Below, piece by piece: positions 7,729 to 15,866 of a stretch of DNA of 32,000 bases. Origin of the DNA: Haloferax volcanii DS2 (GTDB taxonomy: Archaea; Halobacteriota; Halobacteria; Halobacteriales; Haloferacaceae); the NCBI RefSeq assembly GCF_000025685.1, contig NC_013967.1:90001-122000 (forward strand), given 5' to 3'. A model generated the notes under the pieces. The model searched no databases and was not told the DNA's origin. It was given only the letters and a program-made list of their open reading frames with translations. Every line of letters starts with the position of its first letter. The first letter of the stretch is position 1. A program made the translations under genes and the position numbers.

Positions 7729-7950
7729 ATGCCCCTGAATGGTGGAGTATCGGTCATGCACACCAACGCACTCGCCACGGCGATGACACTGTATCGTAGT
7801 GGGGCACTCACACTCTCGCAGGCGGCCGCTCGCTCCGGCTACTCCGAAGACGACCTGCTCCTCGCCCTCCAGCGCCACGGTGTGCCCGTGCACGAAGACG
7901 ACGCTCCGGCCGCATCCCTCTCGGCTGACCGGCCGGCCAGCGCCGACTGA
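7729..7950 (+). CDS. UPF0175-family (antitoxin-like HTH) small protein
   Basis: 73-aa ORF; an alternative ATG at 7756 gives MHTNALATAMTLYRSGALTLSQAAARSGYSEDDLLLALQRHGVPV. The segment Y-x-x-G-x-L-[ST]-x-x-x-A-A-x-x-x-G...G[VI]PV matches my memory of the UPF0175 C-terminal HTH. Confidence 0.6.
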   Translation: MPLNGGVSVMHTNALATAMTLYRSGALTLSQAAARSGYSEDDLLLALQRHGVPVHEDDAPAASLSADRPASAD

Positions 7951-8086
7951 TTCTGCTTCGTCGTTCGATTATCGCCCGTCTCTTAGCGACCGCTCTCTGG
8001 GCGATCTCGCTGGCTCGGACCGCGAGTCGTACAAACCGAAAACGACGATCTCGTCGTGTTCTGCCTCTCTCCTCGCCGCTTCTCGC

Positions 8087-9214
8087 TTACTCCTCGTCGT
8101 CGTCGACGACTTCCTCGGGGAAGATGTGCAGCCCCGACGGACTCTTGAGGACCGGCACCATCGACGCGTCGGGGTCGAAGTAGTCCGGCCGCGGGATGGT
8201 CTTCGCCTCGTACGTCTCGGGGTCGAGCACCTGTACGGCGTGTTCGTCCTCGACGGTGACGACGGTGGTCTCCGCCGCGTCCTCGATGGAGCCGAGGTCT
8301 TCGGCCTCGGGTCGTTCGCCCTCCTCGAACTCCGATTCGTAGAGGTCGCCGGAAGTGAGCCGCGTTCCTTTGAGTCGGCCGCGGTTGCTCCGCACGAGGA
8401 CCGGCCCGTCGCCGTCCTCGGGGTCGATGACGTCGCCGGCGGTGTACCGCGGCAGGCGGGCGACGAACGTGACGCGGTAGACCTCGTTGCCGTCGCCGTC
8501 CTCCGTGACGAGCGTCGGGTGCTCCTCGATGGTGCCGCCGAAGCGCTCGCGAATCTGCTTCGCGACGCCGCTTCCCATCTGGTTGGTCGATATCTTGATG
8601 TTCGGGCCGTCGGGCGTCCGGTTCACCTCCGTGATGAAGGCGTTGCGGTCGCCTTTGTCCTCGCGTTCCGCGATGTAGGACTCGGCGATTTCGATGGCCG
8701 TCTCGGCCTCCTCGGTCGTCGGCGTCCGGTCGTCGGCGCGGACCTGCACGAGGCTGGCGAAGTAGCCGCCGGCGATGCGGCCGCAGCGCTGGCACGTCTC
8801 GCGGGCGATGCTCACCGGGACGACGATGGACTCCTCCAGCGGCGTGCCGCGGACGACGCCCGAGAAGTGGCAGTGCATCCGGATGTTGTTCTCGTCGACC
8901 TGCTCGGGTTCGACGCCCCAGCGGACCTCCTCGGCGTTGAGGTGGACGCCCAGGGAGTTCGATACCTCCTCGATGGCGATGTCGGTGTAGTCGCGCGCGC
9001 CGACGTCCACCCACCGGTTGCCCCGGTGAATCGCACCGCACTGCGCGCAGACGCGGACCTGCACCTCGTCGGGCGCGTCCACGAGGTCGAAGTCCTCGAA
9101 GTAACACGAGTCGCAGAGCACGTCGTCGCGCTCGCGCGGCATCCCGGGGAGCGGTTCCGGTCGCTCCGGAACCGGGTCGCCGCACCGAGGGCAGAAGTCG
9201 CGGGATTCGCTCAT
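8087..9214 (-). CDS. nmd3: NMD3-family protein (archaeal homologue of the 60S subunit export/maturation factor)
   Basis: Inner part of track ORF 8087..9706. The ATG at 9214 gives MSESRDFCPRCGDPV... Four CxxC pairs are present (CPRC, CDSC, CAQC, CQRC), followed by the NMD3 core and an acidic C-terminus. Confidence 0.9.
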   Translation of the reverse strand: MSESRDFCPRCGDPVPERPEPLPGMPRERDDVLCDSCYFEDFDLVDAPDEVQVRVCAQCGAIHRGNRWVDVGARDYTDIAIEEVSNSLGVHLNAEEVRWGVEPEQVDENNIRMHCHFSGVVRGTPLEESIVVPVSIARETCQRCGRIAGGYFASLVQVRADDRTPTTEEAETAIEIAESYIAEREDKGDRNAFITEVNRTPDGPNIKISTNQMGSGVAKQIRERFGGTIEEHPTLVTEDGDGNEVYRVTFVARLPRYTAGDVIDPEDGDGPVLVRSNRGRLKGTRLTSGDLYESEFEEGERPEAEDLGSIEDAAETTVVTVEDEHAVQVLDPETYEAKTIPRPDYFDPDASMVPVLKSPSGLHIFPEEVVDDDEE

Positions 9215-9291
9215 TGACGGCTCTAGTCCGTTCGACCGCTTAAGTTCGGCGTCACGGCGCGCCGGTGAGCCTCGGCCGTCAGCAACTCGCC

Positions 9292-9930
9292 TCAGTGCTC
9301 GCCCGCCCCGTCGCGGAGGTACGTCGCGGCCTCCTCGTCGGAGACCTGCGCGAAGTCGCGGTAGAACGCGCCGACGGCCCCGAACGCCTCCGGCGACTCG
9401 ACCGCGACGACCGCGTCGCACTCGGCTTCGAGTTCTGAGAGGGTGTTCGGCGGGCCGACCGGGACCGCGAGAACGACGCGCTCCGCGCCGCCGGCGACGA
9501 CCTGCCGCAGGCACGCCCGGGCGGTCGCGCCCGTGGCGACGCCGTCGTCGACGACGACCACGCGCTTTTCGGCCACGTCGGGAAGCGGGTCGCCGCCGCG
9601 GTACAGCGACACCTTGTCTCTGGCCGCCGCGGCCTCGCGCTCGCGCTCGCGGTCGAGGTAGTCCTCGCCCACGTCGAGGTACGAAAGCAGGTCCTCGTTC
9701 CACCACGCGCTCCCGTCGCCGGCGACCGCCCCCACGGCGAGTTCGGGGTTGTCCGGCGCGCCGACCTTGGAGGCGACCACCACGTCGAGCGGCGCTCTGA
9801 GGCGGTCTGCGACCTCCCTGCCGACGGGGAGGCCGCCCCGCGGGATGGCCAACACGAGGTCGGCCGTCTCATCTCGCTCGTCGAGCAGGTCCGCCAGCCG
9901 GCGGCCCGCGTCTTCCCTATCGGCGAACAT
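9292..9930 (-). CDS. phosphoribosyltransferase family protein
   Basis: Track ORF 9292..10020. The ATG at 9930 gives MFADREDAGRRLADLL..LAIPRGGLPVG. The PRPP-binding motif is VVVVDDGVATGATARA. Confidence 0.9.
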   Translation of the reverse strand: MFADREDAGRRLADLLDERDETADLVLAIPRGGLPVGREVADRLRAPLDVVVASKVGAPDNPELAVGAVAGDGSAWWNEDLLSYLDVGEDYLDREREREAAAARDKVSLYRGGDPLPDVAEKRVVVVDDGVATGATARACLRQVVAGGAERVVLAVPVGPPNTLSELEAECDAVVAVESPEAFGAVGAFYRDFAQVSDEEAATYLRDGAGEH

Positions 9931-10054
9931 GTCACCCGGAGCTACGCGCTCCCGCGGCAAAACGGTATATTCCGATTCTTCACGACTGGGGCGGTCGCGT
10001 GCGAGGGCTTCGCACTCCAACAGCGTTTATTAGCCGGATTACTAATCACGTGGT

Positions 10055-10936
10055 ATGAACTGGAAACCGGACTGGGGACTTCGCGGGCGGATGGCGCTCA
10101 CGATGTTCCTCCTGTTCGCCCTCTACATCGTCTTTGCAGGCCTGTTGGCATGGTACTTCGACGGCCTGTTCATCATGGCCGGGTTCATGGGCGTCTTCCT
10201 CTTCGCGCAGTTCTTCTTCAGCGACAAAATCGCGCTGTACAGCATGGGCGCGAGCGTCGTCGACGAGGACGACGGCCCGCAGGCGCGGAAGCTCCACGCG
10301 ATGGTCGGCCGGCTCTCTCAGCAGGCGGACCTCCCGAAACCGAAGGTCGCCATCGCCGACACGCGCGTCCCGAACGCCTTCGCCACGGGGCGCTCCCAGA
10401 AGAGTTCGGCCGTCTGCGTCACGACCGGCCTGATGGAGACCCTCGACGACGACGAACTGGAGGGCGTCATCGCCCACGAGCTCGCGCACGTGAAGAACCG
10501 CGACGTGATGGTCATGACCATCGCGTCGTTCCTCTCCAGTATCGCCTTCCTCATCGTCCGCTGGGGCTGGCTCTTCGGCGGCGACGACAACCGCCAGAAC
10601 GCGCCGGTCATCGTCGCCATCATCGCGTCGCTCGTCGTCTGGATTATCTCGTACCTCCTGATTCGGGCGCTCTCGCGCTACCGCGAGTACGCCGCCGACC
10701 GCGGGGCCGCCGTCATCACCGGCCGCCCCTCGGCGCTGGCGTCCGCGCTCCTCAAGATTTCGGGCCGGATGGACAACGTCCCGAAGCGCGACATGCGCGA
10801 CACCTCGGAGATGAACGCGTTCTTCATCATCCCCATCAAGTCCGACTTCATCGGTCGCCTGTTCAGTACCCACCCCTCCACCGAGAACCGCGTCGAGCGC
10901 CTCCGCGACATGGAGCGCGAGATGGAGACCGCCTGA
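10055..10936 (+). CDS. htpX: zinc metalloprotease HtpX (peptidase M48)
   Basis: 293 aa, with N-terminal TM helices. Contains the HELAHV (HExxH) motif, a downstream EYAAD glutamate motif, and the C-terminal STHPSTENRV motif typical of HtpX. Confidence 0.95.
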   Translation: MNWKPDWGLRGRMALTMFLLFALYIVFAGLLAWYFDGLFIMAGFMGVFLFAQFFFSDKIALYSMGASVVDEDDGPQARKLHAMVGRLSQQADLPKPKVAIADTRVPNAFATGRSQKSSAVCVTTGLMETLDDDELEGVIAHELAHVKNRDVMVMTIASFLSSIAFLIVRWGWLFGGDDNRQNAPVIVAIIASLVVWIISYLLIRALSRYREYAADRGAAVITGRPSALASALLKISGRMDNVPKRDMRDTSEMNAFFIIPIKSDFIGRLFSTHPSTENRVERLRDMEREMETA

Positions 10937-10942
10937 GTTCCG

Positions 10943-11548
10943 ATGGGGCTGTTCGATTCATTCCGCGCCATGCTCGGCATCAGCGCCGAGTCCGACGCGA
11001 CCACGAAAGCGGACCCCGAGGACCTCTTCGGGATGAGCACGGCGTACCTCACGATGGAGGCCGACCTCCGGTTCGACTCGGCCGACGAGGCGGCGCTGTG
11101 TTTCTCCTCCGTCGACAGCACCGACTTCGCCGACACCGTCGACGCCGTCGAAGACATCCTCACCGCCGGGAGCGAAGAGACCGGCACCGAGTTCAGCCGC
11201 CACACCGACGGCCACGGCTACAACTGGGTCGTCCTCGCCGACGACGACCCCGAGGACCTCGTGACGAGCGTCCACTTCGCGGCCGACGAGTTCATCGAGC
11301 GCGGCTACGGGTCGCGCCTGCTCGCCGCCCTGTTCGGCTTCGAGCGCGACGGCGACCGCGCCTACTGGATTTACTCGTTCCGCCGCGGGGCGTACTACCC
11401 CTTCGCCCCGCAGGGCACCTCGACGCGGAATCAGAGTCTGGAGTTCAAACTCGAATCCGTCCTCGACGGCGAACTGGAAATCGAGGGCGACGAGAGCTAC
11501 TGGTACCCGCTGTGGCCGTCGACGCCGAACGGCCATCCGTGGGACTAA
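10943..11548 (+). CDS. conserved acidic cytosolic protein, PspA-associated (PspAB-like; name from memory)
   Basis: 201-aa ORF starting 6 nt after the htpX stop, so probably co-transcribed. Sequence: MGLFDSFRAMLGI...GHGYNWVVLADDDPEDLVTSVHFAADEF...YWIYSFRRGAYYPFAP. Confidence 0.8.
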   Translation: MGLFDSFRAMLGISAESDATTKADPEDLFGMSTAYLTMEADLRFDSADEAALCFSSVDSTDFADTVDAVEDILTAGSEETGTEFSRHTDGHGYNWVVLADDDPEDLVTSVHFAADEFIERGYGSRLLAALFGFERDGDRAYWIYSFRRGAYYPFAPQGTSTRNQSLEFKLESVLDGELEIEGDESYWYPLWPSTPNGHPWD

Positions 11549-11774
11549 CCGCGCTCGCCCGTCGTGCCTGACGCTCTCGTCGTCAGCCCCCGACCCCTTT
11601 CCTTTCTGTTCGATTCTACTTCCGCGCCAGCCCGCGCTCTCAGCCGAGTTCGGAGCCGACCCAGTCTCTCCCGTCCGCCCCCGTCCTCGCGATATCGCCC
11701 TTGAATCTCCGCACCGGCCCGATTGCCGACCCCACCACGTCTCCCGTTTTCACTTTCATCTTGCTGTTAACGAG

Positions 11775-11784
11775 GGTTTATGAG
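11775..11784 (+). promoter_or_regulatory. TATA-like box of the radA promoter
   Basis: GGTTTATGAG is centred about 27 nt upstream of the radA ATG (11807). This implies a leaderless or near-leaderless transcript. Confidence 0.5.
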
Positions 11785-11806
11785 GGTATAGGCGGAACGA
11801 CTGGGT

Positions 11807-12838
11807 ATGGCAGAAGACGACCTCGAAAGTCTCCCCGGCGTCGGCCCGGCGACGGCCGACAAACTCGTCGAGAGCGGTTACGACAGCTACCAGTCCATCG
11901 CGGTCGCCAGCCCCGGCGAACTGTCGAACAAGGCCGACATCGGCTCCAGCACGGCCTCCGACATCATCAACGCGGCCCGCGACGCGGCCGACGTGGGCGG
12001 CTTCGAGACCGGTTCCATGGTTCTCGAACGACGCCAACAGATCGGCAAGCTGAGTTGGCAAATCGACGAAGTGGACGAACTCCTCGGCGGCGGTCTCGAA
12101 ACGCAGTCCATCACCGAGGTGTACGGCGAGTTCGGTGCCGGGAAGTCCCAGATAACCCACCAGCTCGCGGTCAACGTCCAGCTTCCGCCCGAACAGGGCG
12201 GCCTCGGCGGCGGCTGTATCTTCATCGACTCCGAGGACACGTTCCGCCCCGAGCGTATCGACGACATGGTCCGCGGGCTCGAAGACGAGGCGCTCGAAGC
12301 GACGCTCGACGACCGCGAGATGGAGGGCTCCATCGACGACGAGGAGACCATAAAGGCGCTCGTCGACGACTTCCTCGACAAGATTCACGTCGCGAAGGCG
12401 TTCAACTCCAACCACCAGATTCTTCTCGCCGAGAAGGCCAAGGAGCTCGCCGGCGAGCACGAGGACACCGAGTGGCCGGTCCGCCTCCTCTGTGTTGACT
12501 CGCTCACAGCTCACTTCCGCGCCGAGTACGTCGGCCGCGGCGAACTCGCAGAGCGCCAGCAGAAGCTCAACAAGCACCTCCACGACCTGATGCGCATCGG
12601 TGACCTGTTCAACACGGGCATCCTCGTGACGAATCAGGTCTCGTCGAACCCCGACTCCTACTTCGGCGACCCGACCCAGCCCATCGGTGGCAACATCCTC
12701 GGCCACACCTCGACGTTCCGCATCTACCTCCGCAAGTCCAAGGGCGACAAGCGTATCGTCCGCCTCGTGGACGCGCCGAACCTCGCCGACGGCGAGGCCA
12801 TCATGCGCGTACAGGACGCCGGTCTCAAGCCCGAGTAA
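11807..12838 (+). CDS. radA: DNA repair and recombination protein RadA
   Basis: 343 aa. Has the N-terminal HhH domain ([20 protein letters not shown]), Walker [10 protein letters not shown], Walker B LLCVDSL, and the typical haloarchaeal acidic insertion. Confidence 0.97.
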   Translation: MAEDDLESLPGVGPATADKLVESGYDSYQSIAVASPGELSNKADIGSSTASDIINAARDAADVGGFETGSMVLERRQQIGKLSWQIDEVDELLGGGLETQSITEVYGEFGAGKSQITHQLAVNVQLPPEQGGLGGGCIFIDSEDTFRPERIDDMVRGLEDEALEATLDDREMEGSIDDEETIKALVDDFLDKIHVAKAFNSNHQILLAEKAKELAGEHEDTEWPVRLLCVDSLTAHFRAEYVGRGELAERQQKLNKHLHDLMRIGDLFNTGILVTNQVSSNPDSYFGDPTQPIGGNILGHTSTFRIYLRKSKGDKRIVRLVDAPNLADGEAIMRVQDAGLKPE

Positions 12839-12925
12839 GCCGTCGCTCGGTCGGCCGCTCAATCACTCGCTCGGCCGGCCGACTTCACACGACTCCGCGG
12901 TCCCCGTTCCCCCCACTCCCTCCGT

Positions 12926-12957
12926 CTCACTCCACTCCACTCCACTCCACTCCACCC
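12926..12957. repeat. pentanucleotide microsatellite (TCCAC)5 inside a G-depleted C-rich tract
   Basis: Five perfect TCCAC units at 12931-12955, flanked by the degenerate units CTCAC and CC. Confidence 0.9.
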
Positions 12958-13088
12958 TCCCCACCCCACCACATTCTCCCCTTCGTCTCGTCCCCCGAGC
13001 GGCCGCACCGCCGCTTGGTTCTCATAATGTTGGAAATGGCTTGCAATACTATCTCGTCGGCGGCCTACCGTTTAGGTAGGTGAACTCC

Positions 13089-14234
13089 ATGACGCACCGA
13101 ATCGTAGTCGTTGGCGGTGGCACGGGTGGGACGGTCGTTTCGAACCGTCTCGCCGAGGAACTCGAATCGGAGATAGACGACGGCGACGTGGGGGTAACGC
13201 TGGTCTCCGACGATACGAAACACGTCTACAAGCCGGTGTTCTTGTACGTCCCGTTCGGAGTCGCGGAGCCGGACGACGGCGTCCGCGACCTGCGGGACCT
13301 CGTCGACGAGCGGGTGGACATCGTCACCAACCGCGTTCGCCGGGTCGACACCGACGAAAAGTGCCTCTACTGTCAGGACGGCGACGAGGAACTCGACTAC
13401 GACACGCTCGTCCTCGCGACCGGCGCGAAGCTCGACCCCGACGCGGTTCCCGGCTTCCGGGAGGGCGCACACCACTTCTACAACGCCGATGGGGCCGAAC
13501 GGCTCCGCGACGCGCTCGCGGAGTTCGAGGGCGGTCGCCTCGTGTTGAGCGTCGTCGGGACGCCCCACATGTGCCCGGCCGCGCCGCTCGAATTCACGTT
13601 CATCGTGGACGACTGGCTCCGGAGCCGCGGGCTGCGCGAGGACACGGACCTCGTCTACACCTACCCGATGGAGCGGAGCCACGGGAAGCCCGAGGTCGCG
13701 GAGTGGGCCGACCCGATTCTGGCCGCACGGGGCGTCCGCGTCGAGACCGACTTCGTCGTCGACGCCGTCGACCCGGACGAACGGGTCGTCTCGGCGGAAA
13801 GCGGCGCGGAGGTGGACTACGACCTGTTGGTCGGCATCCCGCCGCACCGCGGTGACGAACTCATCACTGACTCCGGCCTCGGTGACGCCGGCTGGGTCGA
13901 CGTGGACCAGCGGACCCTCCACGCGACCGCCGCCGAGGACGTGTACGCCATCGGTGACACGGCGGCGCTGCCCATCCCGAAAGCCGGGAGCGCGGCGCAC
14001 TTCCAGGCCTTTGCGGTCGCGGAGCGCATCGCCGCGGAGGTCCGGGGTCGCACGCCGACGAAGCGCTACGACGGCAAGACCGTCTGCTTCGTCGAGACCG
14101 GCCTCGACGAGGCGTCGTTCGTCTCGTTCGACTACGAGACGCCCGCGACGATGCGCCAGCCGTCGAAGCCCGTCCACTGGGCGAAACACGCGTACAACGA
14201 ATCGTACTGGCTGACCGCCAGGGGGATGCTCTGA
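13089..14234 (+). CDS. FAD-dependent pyridine nucleotide-disulfide oxidoreductase, sulfide:quinone oxidoreductase-like
   Basis: Track ORF 13080..14234 starts at GTG. The ATG at 13089 gives MTHRIVVVGGGTGGTVVSNRLA (FAD GxGxxG motif). A second nucleotide-binding region is present, plus the IGDTAALP motif. The adjacent DUF1641 partner is typical of this family. Confidence 0.88.
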   Translation: MTHRIVVVGGGTGGTVVSNRLAEELESEIDDGDVGVTLVSDDTKHVYKPVFLYVPFGVAEPDDGVRDLRDLVDERVDIVTNRVRRVDTDEKCLYCQDGDEELDYDTLVLATGAKLDPDAVPGFREGAHHFYNADGAERLRDALAEFEGGRLVLSVVGTPHMCPAAPLEFTFIVDDWLRSRGLREDTDLVYTYPMERSHGKPEVAEWADPILAARGVRVETDFVVDAVDPDERVVSAESGAEVDYDLLVGIPPHRGDELITDSGLGDAGWVDVDQRTLHATAAEDVYAIGDTAALPIPKAGSAAHFQAFAVAERIAAEVRGRTPTKRYDGKTVCFVETGLDEASFVSFDYETPATMRQPSKPVHWAKHAYNESYWLTARGML

Positions 14235-14244
14235 GGTGAGACCA

Positions 14245-14658
14245 ATGCAGGACCACGAACCAACCACGACGACAGAACAGCAGGTGCCCGAGGAACTCGT
14301 ACGGGCCATCGAGAACAACCCCGAGGAGGTCGCGCTCCTCGTCGAGCGGATGGGTCTCGTCAACGACCTCATCGACGTGCTCGAACTCGGCGTCGGCGCG
14401 CTCGACGACGAGATGGTACGGTCGCTCGCGCGAACCGGCACCTCGCTCGCGGAAGTCGCAGACGACGCTTCCGACCCCGACACTGTCGCCGGGATGAAGC
14501 GCCTGCTCCGCGCCGTCGGCGACGCGGAGGAGGCGGAGGCGACGCCCGTGGGCGCGGTCGGCCTCCTGCGGGCCACTCGCGACCCCGAGGTCAAAGCGGG
14601 GCTCGGCTACCTCGTCGCGCTGGCGGCGGCGCTCGGCGCGGGGACGGACGAAGAATAA
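14245..14658 (+). CDS. DUF1641 domain protein (usual partner of SQR-like oxidoreductases)
   Basis: Track ORF 14236..14658 with an ATG at 14245. Starts 11 nt after the upstream stop. Contains the helical segment LVERMGLVNDLIDVLELGVGALDDEMV. Confidence 0.75.
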   Translation: MQDHEPTTTTEQQVPEELVRAIENNPEEVALLVERMGLVNDLIDVLELGVGALDDEMVRSLARTGTSLAEVADDASDPDTVAGMKRLLRAVGDAEEAEATPVGAVGLLRATRDPEVKAGLGYLVALAAALGAGTDEE

Positions 14659-14704
14659 CTCGAATCGCGTTCGGTTCGCCGTGCCGCTGCCGGCCGAAGC
14701 CGGC

Positions 14705-15133
14705 TCAGTCGTCGCCGTCTTCGGTCTTCGTTTTCTCGATTTCTATCTCGCCGTCGTGAATCTTCGCGCCGTCCTGTGCGACCTGTCGCGCGAGGACGGC
14801 GCACTTGATTCGCATCGGCGAGATGTCGACGCCGAGCATCTCGGTGATGTCGTCGGTGTCCATCGCTTCCAGCTCCGAGAGCGTCGTGCCCGGCAGTCGC
14901 TGGGTGAGCATGCTCGCGGACGCCTGACTGATGGCGCAGCCATCGCCGGAGAACGCGACGCGCTCTATGGTCTCGCCGTCGTCGGCGAGCTGCACGTCCA
15001 TCGTAATCGTATCGCCGCAGGAGGGGTTCTCCCCGGTGTGGGTGAACGTCGGCGACTCCAGCCGACCGTGGTTCCGGGGGTTCTTGTAGTGGTCCATTAT
15101 CTGCTGACGATACATGTCTGAGCCAATGCCCAT
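14705..15133 (-). CDS. sufU: SufU/IscU-type Fe-S cluster assembly scaffold / sulfur acceptor
   Basis: 142 aa. Begins YRQQIMDHYKNPRNHG. Cys ligands lie in NPSCGD, GDGCAISQASASM and RIKCAVL. Confidence 0.88.
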   Translation of the reverse strand: MGIGSDMYRQQIMDHYKNPRNHGRLESPTFTHTGENPSCGDTITMDVQLADDGETIERVAFSGDGCAISQASASMLTQRLPGTTLSELEAMDTDDITEMLGVDISPMRIKCAVLARQVAQDGAKIHDGEIEIEKTKTEDGDD

Positions 15134-15205
15134 TGGTGTTCGTCGGGAGTACGCCCGAGCGCCGTAAAAGGATTCCGGGGCCGGCGATTCGGCCGAATTC
15201 GTCGC

Positions 15206-15793
15206 TTACGTCGCGTCGGCCGTTGACGCGTCTTCGGCCGCCGGCGCGTCGTACTTCGTCCACTTCTTTTCGACGTCGCGGTTGGCCACGACGACGGTGT
15301 CGCCCTCGTCGCTCTCGAAGCGCGTCTTTCGGAGTTCGATGGAGCTGACCGTCCCCGTCACCGGGTCCGATTTCACGCGGTCGCCGGGGTTGAAATCGGG
15401 GTCTCGAAGCAGGTAGACGCCGGCCACCGTGTCGGCTATCATGTTCGACAGCGCGTAGGAGACGCCCAGCGCGATGAAGCCGGTCGCGGTACCGAGGCTC
15501 GCCGCGATTTCCGTCATCCCGACGATGTTCAACAGCGCGAGCGCCGCGCCGAACCAGAGGAACACGCCCGCGACGGCGACCCCGAGTTCGACCACGAGGT
15601 CCTGCTCTTCGGGGTACAGCCCGTCGAGCACGCCGCGGACGACGAACAGTATCGCCTTGATGCCGACGTAGGCGAGCGCGAGGAAGACGACCGCGGTGAG
15701 CACCTTCGGCGCGGCGTCCTGCACCGCGGTCCCGAACTCCGCGATGGTTTCGCGGAGCGTCTCGACGAGAAAGCCGGTCAGCGATTGGAGCAT
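15206..15793 (-). CDS. small MscS-family mechanosensitive channel protein
   Basis: 195 aa with three TM helices. These are followed by the MscS beta-domain signature NMIADTVAGVYLLRDPDFNPGDRV...GTVSSIELRKTRF. Confidence 0.8.
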   Translation of the reverse strand: MLQSLTGFLVETLRETIAEFGTAVQDAAPKVLTAVVFLALAYVGIKAILFVVRGVLDGLYPEEQDLVVELGVAVAGVFLWFGAALALLNIVGMTEIAASLGTATGFIALGVSYALSNMIADTVAGVYLLRDPDFNPGDRVKSDPVTGTVSSIELRKTRFESDEGDTVVVANRDVEKKWTKYDAPAAEDASTADAT

Positions 15794-15866
15794 ACGCTCC
15801 GACGACGTGTCAGCGGGACAAATGTATTGGGACGGTCGCGCTCCGACACCGCGAAAAACCGGGTAC

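Noticed and set aside
8039-8060. Hairpin AAACGACGA-tc-TCGTCGTGTT between the convergent UPF0175-like and nmd3 genes. A similar GCCGGC-cgaa-GCCGGC lies at about 14685-14700.
   Set aside because: These are ordinary inverted repeats in convergent 3' regions, plausibly terminator-associated. They are not distinctive enough to report as findings.
7799-9706. ORFs 7799..9217 (+, 472 aa), 7983..9185 (-, 400 aa) and the 5' extension of 8087..9706.
   Set aside because: They are antisense or alternative frames of nmd3 and the phosphoribosyltransferase gene. They are Arg/Gly-rich with no motifs. NMD3 starts at the ATG at 9214, which has a proper TATA-like box 30 nt upstream.
12866-12878. 13-mer CTCGCTCGGCCGG shared between the radA downstream spacer (12866-12878) and the tRNA-Arg trailer (31293-31305).
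   Set aside because: It is a short, GC-rich, low-complexity match of the kind expected by chance in a 65% GC genome. The flanks do not align.
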